Assembly (NCBI GenBank): GCA_048885925.1
Contig: JBHLLG010000029.1
Span: 1-33,031, forward strand
Length of the DNA stretch: 33,031 nt
Reading direction: 5' to 3'
DNA from: Candidatus Hermodarchaeota archaeon
GTDB taxonomy: Archaea; Asgardarchaeota; Lokiarchaeia; Sigyniarchaeales; SOKP01
Below the pieces are notes generated by a model. The model had not been told where the DNA came from. It ran no database searches and worked only from the letters and a program-made list of their open reading frames with translations. Shown in pieces: positions 19,570 to 26,779 of the stretch (position 1 is its first letter; each line of letters starts with the position of its first letter). The translations under genes and the position numbers were made by a program.

Positions 19570-20547
19570 TTACACACCCTTCTCGATTTTTTTTTCGTCA
19601 ACAAATAAGAATAAAAAATTTTCCTCCAAACCTCTATTACGCTTTAAGCTTAAATCTCGTCTTCTGAAGGAGAGCATTCGCTGAAATTCTAAATCTCTGT
19701 TATATTTATGAGCATTTTCGATTATCTCTTCTAAGATTTTTTCTTTAATTCTATTCTCATTAATATCAATTCCATCAAATATTTGAATTTCAGAACACTT
19801 TTCAATAAAATTTTTTAATAATTCATCCGATAAAACATCAGACCTTTCTCTTATAGCATTATTAATTATGTCCTCCAATTTTTGATAATATTCTCTCTTA
19901 CAAAATTGACAAAGCATGCATTTTGAACTACGATTTTTAAATATATTGAGTATAATTAATCCAGTAATTAATTTGAAATTTTGAATTAAAATATCAATTT
20001 CTTGGTCTTTTTTCTTAGAATCTTTAATATATTGTTGAATATGTTTTTCTGCATCTAGATATAACTTAGAAAAAAATCTAGCTCTTGCAAAATATACGGG
20101 TACTATACAAAAAATTCGAAGAAACCAAAAAGAACTAATGCCTAGAGGAGGATTCTCAGAAAAAATATAATAAACTATTCGCCCCTCCCGCTCCTTATAT
20201 AAAGTAGATTCTTTTTCCAAAATATTTAAATATGTTGATATTGTAGAGCGAGCAACATCTTTAAAATATCGTTCATATTCTTCCTCAACATCTGCAGTAG
20301 TTACTTTTTCCTGTCCATCTAGATAAAACTTTAATATTATGCCTAATATACGATTTTCATGAAGAAGTCCTGTCTTTACCTGTTGTTCTTCCGCCTCATC
20401 CTCTCTAAATTGATATAAATAAGATAGTTCAGGAGCAAAATCTCGAATAACTTCATCCATTAACCTAAGTTCTGGATCTGATATCTCAAATTTTTCTATT
20501 TTAGGTCTTACGATCATTTCCTTTTCCATATCTATTTTTTCTAACAT
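19570..20547 (-). CDS. Winged-helix transcriptional regulator with a CxxCxxC motif
   Basis: VTTADVEEEY...VARSTISTYLNILEKESTLYKEREGRIVYY wHTH; KCMLCQFC motif further downstream. Confidence 0.7.
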   Translation of the reverse strand: MLEKIDMEKEMIVRPKIEKFEISDPELRLMDEVIRDFAPELSYLYQFREDEAEEQQVKTGLLHENRILGIILKFYLDGQEKVTTADVEEEYERYFKDVARSTISTYLNILEKESTLYKEREGRIVYYIFSENPPLGISSFWFLRIFCIVPVYFARARFFSKLYLDAEKHIQQYIKDSKKKDQEIDILIQNFKLITGLIILNIFKNRSSKCMLCQFCKREYYQKLEDIINNAIRERSDVLSDELLKNFIEKCSEIQIFDGIDINENRIKEKILEEIIENAHKYNRDLEFQRMLSFRRRDLSLKRNRGLEENFLFLFVDEKKIEKGV

Positions 20548-20619
20548 CTTAAAAAAACTCAGTCAAATAGTCTCTATTATCAAGTATTATTAGATATTCA
20601 ATTCCATTTATAGATTTAT

Positions 20620-20675
20620 ACTTCGCACTTCGAATAAAGTTCGGACTTCAGTCTGAAGTATAAAATTTAAATAAT
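20620..20675 (+). promoter_or_regulatory. Phased A(C/G)TTC operator array + TATA-like box in divergent promoter 1
   Basis: ACTTC at 20620, ACTTC at 20627, AGTTC at 20638, ACTTC at 20645. Inverted repeat ACTTCAG-T-CTGAAGT at 20645-20659. TTTAAATA near 20666. Confidence 0.6.
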
Positions 20676-20718
20676 AAAAACGAATTATATATACAAAAGC
20701 AAAAAAATAGGTTTTATT

Positions 20719-23715
20719 ATGAGTAGATCAAAGGGAATAATGTATCCTCCAGGAGATATATTGAATCCCACTTTAGGGAAAACTGATTATAGTTATATTA
20801 TCCTTTGGATGCTTAATAATAACGAATATTGTGAGTGGTCTGACTTTGTTGTAGAGATTAGTGAATCAACGTTATCAAGTCATTTGCGAAAATTAATGAA
20901 TAAAAATTTCGTCAAAAAGCCAGAAAGAAATAAATATAAAATTACTAAGCAAGGAACTGAACGATTCAATGAATTAACCTATAGTATGAGTACAGGAAAA
21001 AGACGTTTGGTCTATCCTCCAAGAACTATTCTTAATAAGCGGAATTACGATCATTGGATACTGTGGATGTTATATAATAATTATTCTTGTAAATGGATTG
21101 ATTTAAAACAAAAACCACTTTCTATTAATCAATCTGCCTTATCTAATAATATAAATTCATTAATAGAAGAAGGTTATATCGTTAGAGAAAATAAAGAATA
21201 TATAATAACTCCATTAGGTACATCACATTATTTTACAATTTTAAAACAATATGATCTAGACCGTCAATCGATTCTAGAACAACAAAGTAAAAGAGTCGAG
21301 GAAATTACAGAAAAAACATCTGAATTTTTCAATAGGTATAATATTAAGAATCAAGAGTTAAAATTTCGATATATTAATTATGTTCTAACATTAGATTACT
21401 CAAAAGTAGAATCCACGTTAAGAAATGAGGATGATTTCAATAAAATTTTATTATTCCTTGCAATTAATCATCCAGATCAATATTCAAATTATACATCTCC
21501 TGAAAAATTTTCCCAAAATTATAGTATTGATATTACGACACTTAATTATTATATTAAAGAGATTGTGGATAACCAATTTTTCAAGATAAAATTCTTTAAG
21601 ATTGAAGAGGAAACTGGACAAGATTATTATTTTCAAAAAAATGAACCACTTGAGAAAATCCTTAATGCCATTGTTGAAAAATATATTACAAAATTCACCT
21701 ATCTAAATAAATTTCAAGATAATCCTTCTCTAAACATTGAATTCTTACTAGATAAGATTTTGAAAGATATATGTGGTTATTTGTTTGATGTAAAATTTGA
21801 AATACCATTAAAGAACTTTTTACCTGAATATATAAAATATTTAGCTTATAATATAGGAACTGAGAAATCCTTAATTGATAGCGAGGCAAAATTAGAAGGT
21901 TTTGTATGGCAAAACATTTTTGAAGAGTTTTTGACATTTCAACCGTCTTCAACACCTACAGAGACTGGTAAAATAGATGAATCTGCTTATACCCTTGATA
22001 AATCAATTTTCAGCATTTTGGATATTTTTTATACTTCAAAGTTAAAGTTTTTACAAACAGATGAAATACAAGAGATTTATGGGCTTAAAAGTGTTGAAAT
22101 TTTTGATGATATTTATGAACTATTGTATAATTATAAAGTGCAAAAAGCAAGGGAACTATATGAGAAGAATAAGGAAGAACTCAATGAATTACATAAACTA
22201 ATTTTAAAAGATCTCCTTAATACTATAGAATATAATTTTAAAGAATCAATTAATATTACCAACAAAATTATTAAAAAGTATCCAGAAGATGTTATAGGAT
22301 ATTTATTCCAATCAATTACATACTTTCTAATGGATGATTATGAAAATTCATTAAATATTGTCGAAAAGGGATTAAAAGAAGCGCCAAATATTCTTTTATT
22401 TTGTCAAAAAGCTCAATTATTTATAAAAATGCGTAGAGCAGAGGAAATCATCAGTGATCTTGATGAAAGTTTATCTAAGCATCCTAATAATATTCCTTTA
22501 TTACGGACAAAGTATATATTTTTTATTAATCACTGGATTGCACATAAAAAAAGTTCTGAAAACATTTCTAATCCCATTAATTCTGCAATTAAATTGAAAC
22601 CAACAGATCAAGAGCTATTATTACTTAAAAGTCTATCTTATGTCTGGATGAATAAATACCAAGAGGCAAAAAAATTCATAATAAATAAAATTAATTTAAG
22701 TATCTTAAAAAAAAATCCTAGAATTGATACAAGTGCATTATTTATTTTGGCATTTTCTTATCTTGCACGAGGGAAATATAAAAAAGTTTTGAAAATAATA
22801 AATCAACTCTATGAATTCTATCCAGATCATCCAATATCAATCATTACAAAATCCATATTTCAAGGATATAACTTGATTTATAAATTTGGATTTGATCAAT
22901 CTAATATTAATACATTTTTAGAATTGATGGAAGCTATACTCTCTCTTGAACCACTAAAATATAATAAAGTTCAGTATCTCATTTTAAAAGCAATTATATT
23001 ACATGGAATACAACAATACGATATTGCTATTGACTCACTTAATACTGCAATTGAATTAATACCGGATCTAAATTATCTTTATCTTAGAAAAATTTTGTTT
23101 TTAACTGCGATAAATCGAGATTCTGAGGCTTTAAAATTGATTGAAGAATTAAATCTAAAAATTCCTCAATTAAAATTCAATCTTGGTCAATTAAAAACAT
23201 GTATTCTTGTTAAACAGAAAAATTATGAGGATGCTTTAAAGACCACCAATGATTTACTCAAGATATTCATTGATAAGATGGAAATTATAAATAATAAAGC
23301 TATAATTTTAGCATATTTAAATAAAAAAGAAGAAGCTTTAGAGGCTGCGGAACATTTAATCCAGCTTAATCCAAATTGGAGTAATTCCTATGATAGTTAT
23401 GGCATCATTCATATGTTTTTTGAACAATATGAACAAGCAATAGAGAAATTTGAAGAGGCTATAAGAATTGATCCAGCAAGTGATTTTGTTTTCCAGACAT
23501 GGTTAAACTTAGGTCTTTGTTATAAAAAACTTAAAAAGTATGATAAAGCACTGGAATCTTTTGAGAAAGGGAAATTACTTACAGAAAGAATGATCCCAAA
23601 TTTAAGAGAATTCTATTTTAATGAAGCTTTTAATGAAGCAGAAAAAAATCTTTCAGAAATAAAAATAATAATAGAAAAATTGAAAAAAGGGGATCATCAA
23701 CACTCGGAAAAATGA
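20719..23715 (+). CDS. Tandem winged-helix + TPR repeat protein (paralog A)
   Basis: Two internal repeats YPP..I...ILWML.NN...W.D....S.LS.....L...(F/Y)V/I...Y.IT..G (wHTH). C-terminal TPRs such as YDSYGIIHMFFEQYEQAIEKFEEAIRIDP and WLNLGLCYKKLKKYDKALESFEKG. Confidence 0.85.
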   Translation: MSRSKGIMYPPGDILNPTLGKTDYSYIILWMLNNNEYCEWSDFVVEISESTLSSHLRKLMNKNFVKKPERNKYKITKQGTERFNELTYSMSTGKRRLVYPPRTILNKRNYDHWILWMLYNNYSCKWIDLKQKPLSINQSALSNNINSLIEEGYIVRENKEYIITPLGTSHYFTILKQYDLDRQSILEQQSKRVEEITEKTSEFFNRYNIKNQELKFRYINYVLTLDYSKVESTLRNEDDFNKILLFLAINHPDQYSNYTSPEKFSQNYSIDITTLNYYIKEIVDNQFFKIKFFKIEEETGQDYYFQKNEPLEKILNAIVEKYITKFTYLNKFQDNPSLNIEFLLDKILKDICGYLFDVKFEIPLKNFLPEYIKYLAYNIGTEKSLIDSEAKLEGFVWQNIFEEFLTFQPSSTPTETGKIDESAYTLDKSIFSILDIFYTSKLKFLQTDEIQEIYGLKSVEIFDDIYELLYNYKVQKARELYEKNKEELNELHKLILKDLLNTIEYNFKESINITNKIIKKYPEDVIGYLFQSITYFLMDDYENSLNIVEKGLKEAPNILLFCQKAQLFIKMRRAEEIISDLDESLSKHPNNIPLLRTKYIFFINHWIAHKKSSENISNPINSAIKLKPTDQELLLLKSLSYVWMNKYQEAKKFIINKINLSILKKNPRIDTSALFILAFSYLARGKYKKVLKIINQLYEFYPDHPISIITKSIFQGYNLIYKFGFDQSNINTFLELMEAILSLEPLKYNKVQYLILKAIILHGIQQYDIAIDSLNTAIELIPDLNYLYLRKILFLTAINRDSEALKLIEELNLKIPQLKFNLGQLKTCILVKQKNYEDALKTTNDLLKIFIDKMEIINNKAIILAYLNKKEEALEAAEHLIQLNPNWSNSYDSYGIIHMFFEQYEQAIEKFEEAIRIDPASDFVFQTWLNLGLCYKKLKKYDKALESFEKGKLLTERMIPNLREFYFNEAFNEAEKNLSEIKIIIEKLKKGDHQHSEK

Positions 23716-23720
23716 TCTAA

Positions 23721-24383
23721 ATGGATTACCAATTCATAGAAACAGTTACTCTTGATTTTGACTTGGGGAAATTATTATCAGTTGATTTCAGCTTAAATTT
23801 TGGTAGTTCATGTACAGTTAGTCTAACTGAAAAAGTGATGGATGAAATAATAGATTATATTCAAAATGAAGGAGCTCCAGATTTTATATGGTTTAAGAGA
23901 ATAAAAACCTCATTTAAGCATGCAAAATGTAAAGAAATTGTTAAACAAATTAAAATGGTTTATCCAAATCAAAAAATTGGTATCTACTTAAATTGTGCAC
24001 TTTTTCAAGATGTAAAAATTAGAAAAGATTTTTATAAGTATGATTTAGTTGCGATAAATTTGAATACAGTTGATCCTTTAAATTTCTCAAAGATTAATCA
24101 ATGCGCTGATTCTGTAGATTCAGAAAAAATTTTAGCAGGAATTAAAGAATTCAGAACAAAATTCAATGGTAATTTTGGGATTTACTCCTTATTCTTACAC
24201 GGGATAAATGATAGTAGTGAAAATCTGGAATCTTTAAAGATGTTTTTATTAAAAACAATACCAGATCATTTTTCTATTAGTACTTATACTTTAAATGGAT
24301 TTGAACCTATTTCAAAAGAATTTAAGAATAAAGTTAAAGAGACTTTCAGATACCTCCCATTTAAGGTATATTATAGGTTTTAA
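23721..24383 (+). CDS. Degenerate radical-SAM-fold protein lacking CxxxCxxC
   Basis: LG..LSVD, DLVAINLNTVDPLNFSKIN, ILAGIKEF...F.G, LFLHGINDS and PD....ST resemble an uncharacterised archaeal/bacterial radical SAM family, but no Cys triad is present. Confidence 0.55.
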   Translation: MDYQFIETVTLDFDLGKLLSVDFSLNFGSSCTVSLTEKVMDEIIDYIQNEGAPDFIWFKRIKTSFKHAKCKEIVKQIKMVYPNQKIGIYLNCALFQDVKIRKDFYKYDLVAINLNTVDPLNFSKINQCADSVDSEKILAGIKEFRTKFNGNFGIYSLFLHGINDSSENLESLKMFLLKTIPDHFSISTYTLNGFEPISKEFKNKVKETFRYLPFKVYYRF

Positions 24384-24444
24384 AATAACATGAGTAATAA
24401 GAATTAATTATTATATTTACTTTATAATTAAAAAAAAAATAAAT

Positions 24445-25767
24445 TTATTCTATAGAATCAGCAATTTGTACAACTTCAGGGATTTCTATAATTTCCTCTT
24501 CTTTCTTCTTTTCAGCTTCCGCTTCTGCCATCTTTTCGCGATCAATTATTTCAAGGTGTCTAATTTTTGTGAAAAACCATACAAAAAGCGGAAATATTAT
24601 GCCTAATATAGCGCATGTAAGGAATAAATTAATTATCCCGAATATTTCTGCTATTGGACCAGCAATAAGTGCTCCAATCGGAGCAATTGCCATAGAAATC
24701 ATATGATCAATCGACATTATACGTCCAACTTTATCCTTCGAAACAACTGTTTGCAGGATTGCTAAATATGTTGAGACTGTGATTGGAAACAATACTGCTC
24801 CTGGAAAAAGTGAAATCATCATAAGAATAAAATTCCCTTTAGGAGCTAAAATCGCAGGTATTTGTCCAAGAAAGAATAACGATGCTCCAATTACATTTAT
24901 CTTGATCTTATGTTTCCATGTTTTCTTAATTGACATTACAATAGCACCAGTTATATTTCCTAGTTGCATTGCCATCATTAATAGTGCCAAGTTGAAAGCG
25001 GAGCCGTCATGTGTATATCTAATGAAATATGGAGTTAAAACAGCCCATGGTCTATGAATAAAGTTCCATACCATCGCAAATAAAATCATCGCAAGCAAAC
25101 CAGGGATCAATTTAATTGTTAATAATCCTGTTTTGAAGTCTTTAAACATCGATTTTTTGACAGCTTCTTCAGTTGTCTGGTAGACTTTGGGAATTTTAAT
25201 AATCAATAATGGGATAAGTGCAATCAGGAAAGTTATTCCGTCGATAAGGAAAATTTGGGTTATTGGAAAAATTGCTAAAAGTGTCGCTGCAATCATTGGA
25301 CCTAATGCATAAATTAATCCATTAAACAAAAAATTTATCCCATTAATCCTACTTAGGTGTTCTTTTGGAACCATAGTTGGTATAAGTGATAACACTGTGG
25401 GATATTGAAATGCAAATAACCCTGCCCTAAATGTATTCATTCCTAAAACAAACCAAATACTTTGAAAATCCACTAAAAAAAACACAAATAATAAAGTTGT
25501 TGACATCGCTTGCAATGTATCTGAAATTACTATTATCACTTTTTTATTCCATCTATCTGCAATAACTCCTGAGAATGGTGTTACAATAATCTGTGGAAGA
25601 AACATCAAAAAGGTTGAAATTGAAAGATAAACTGCACTACCAGTCTCTATAGTAATCCACCATGTTATAACAAAATTAACTATCAACGATCCTAACATAG
25701 AAAACTGTTGCCCAAATAAAAAATACAGATAATGTCTAAAGCTTGTTTTCGTCACATTTGTTTCCAT
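24445..25767 (-). CDS. MFS transporter (DHA3/MefA-like efflux)
   Basis: GQQFSMLGS, PFSGVIADRWNKK (motif A) and MVPKEHLSRING; 12 TM pattern. Confidence 0.92.
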   Translation of the reverse strand: METNVTKTSFRHYLYFLFGQQFSMLGSLIVNFVITWWITIETGSAVYLSISTFLMFLPQIIVTPFSGVIADRWNKKVIIVISDTLQAMSTTLLFVFFLVDFQSIWFVLGMNTFRAGLFAFQYPTVLSLIPTMVPKEHLSRINGINFLFNGLIYALGPMIAATLLAIFPITQIFLIDGITFLIALIPLLIIKIPKVYQTTEEAVKKSMFKDFKTGLLTIKLIPGLLAMILFAMVWNFIHRPWAVLTPYFIRYTHDGSAFNLALLMMAMQLGNITGAIVMSIKKTWKHKIKINVIGASLFFLGQIPAILAPKGNFILMMISLFPGAVLFPITVSTYLAILQTVVSKDKVGRIMSIDHMISMAIAPIGALIAGPIAEIFGIINLFLTCAILGIIFPLFVWFFTKIRHLEIIDREKMAEAEAEKKKEEEIIEIPEVVQIADSIE

Positions 25768-25842
25768 TTTAACTTACTTCTTGAATATAAATTTTTCATT
25801 ATTCTATACTAATCACTATTTTTATTTATAGATTAATTAGAT

Positions 25843-25885
25843 GAACTTAAAATAAACTCTGAACTTAATTCTGAACTATCACTTA
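25843..25885 (-). promoter_or_regulatory. Phased AGTTC array upstream of the MFS gene
   Basis: The minus strand reads AGTTCAGAATTA-AGTTCAG-AGTTTATTTTA-AGTTCAT (spacing 12/7/11). Confidence 0.5.
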
Positions 25886-26017
25886 AATTTATTCTACAAT
25901 TTTTACACTTAATTGAAATTCAAAAATATGAAATAAAATAACTTCACTATAAATCAAACTAAGGATGAAATTCAAGTTTGGATAATCATCTTTTATTATA
26001 TAAGAAATCATAATTAA

Positions 26018-26167
26018 TTATTCAATATTTTTAAGTTTTGGGTGATCCTCAGGTTCAATGTGCCAAAATTCGTGCTTTTCACATTTCTTACAAATTGCTA
26101 CTGAATTAGAGAAATCTAACTTCATTACATTACCGCATTTTATACATTGTATCTTTAATTTACCCAT
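26018..26167 (-). CDS. Unannotated 49-aa zinc-ribbon microprotein, copy 2
   Basis: MGKLKIQCIKCGNVMKLDFSNSVAICKKCEKHEFWHIEPEDHPKLKNIE*. ATG start with GAGG upstream; paralog at 19417..19566. Confidence 0.85.
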   Translation of the reverse strand: MGKLKIQCIKCGNVMKLDFSNSVAICKKCEKHEFWHIEPEDHPKLKNIE

Positions 26168-26209
26168 TTTCGCATATTCCTCTAATTTTAATTAAAAAAT
26201 AAAAAAAAA

Positions 26210-26293
26210 TTACCTAAAGAAACTGCTATAATTTAGATTATAACTTGCCGTATCATTCCTAATTATAATGATTCTTTTTCTGTTTTTATTCAT
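26210..26293 (-). CDS. Candidate 27-aa peptide
   Basis: MNKNRKRIIIIRNDTASYNLNYSSFFR*. GGAAGGTTG SD-like site before the ATG; co-oriented between two small genes. Confidence 0.4.
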   Translation of the reverse strand: MNKNRKRIIIIRNDTASYNLNYSSFFR

Positions 26294-26334
26294 CTTTTCA
26301 ACCTTCCTTTTTCATTTTTATATGTTTTTATATA

Positions 26335-26583
26335 TTAATAAATTGCATAAACCCTATATACTGATTTCTGCTTAACACGATTTATGGGAATTAAATCTCG
26401 ATGATAAATTCCGTTATATTTAGAGATTAATCTTGAGATGTTATTACTAAGTTTCTTTTCTTCTAATGGTTCCTCTAATCTTTGAATATCTCCCCTTTCA
26501 ACATCGCTTAAACATTTTTTGATAACTTCTTCTACATCAACACAATTTTTTCTTACATCCTTATTTATTACTGCTTGAGCCAT
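26335..26583 (-). CDS. Hypothetical 82-aa protein
   Basis: ATG with GAGGT SD; first gene of the small-gene set divergent from the wHTH-TPR paralog B. Confidence 0.7.
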   Translation of the reverse strand: MAQAVINKDVRKNCVDVEEVIKKCLSDVERGDIQRLEEPLEEKKLSNNISRLISKYNGIYHRDLIPINRVKQKSVYRVYAIY

Positions 26584-26670
26584 TATTTAAACCTCTTTTT
26601 TTATTGTTTTGATATTTTTTTTTCTTAAGTTTTTATAATCAAAAAAAACATTTATAGTTTCTATTACAAA

Positions 26671-26735
26671 ACTTCGCAAGTAGTTTGTAGTCCAATAGAA
26701 GTTCATAGTACAGAGTGAACCAGAACATTTATAAA
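26671..26735 (+). promoter_or_regulatory. Phased operator array + TATA-like box in divergent promoter 2
   Basis: ACTTC at 26671, AGTTT at 26682, AGTCC at 26689, AGTTC at 26700, AGTAC at 26707 (11/7/11/7). TTTATAAA near 26728. Confidence 0.55.
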
Positions 26736-26779
26736 TTAGAAAACTTAATCATATATTGTTAAAACTTTGGTGTTTACTA

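Noticed and set aside
25889-26011. Minus-strand 40-codon ORF (MISYIIKDDYPNL...) just after zinc-ribbon copy 2
   Set aside because: No SD, composition expected from random AT-rich DNA, and no counterpart in module 1.
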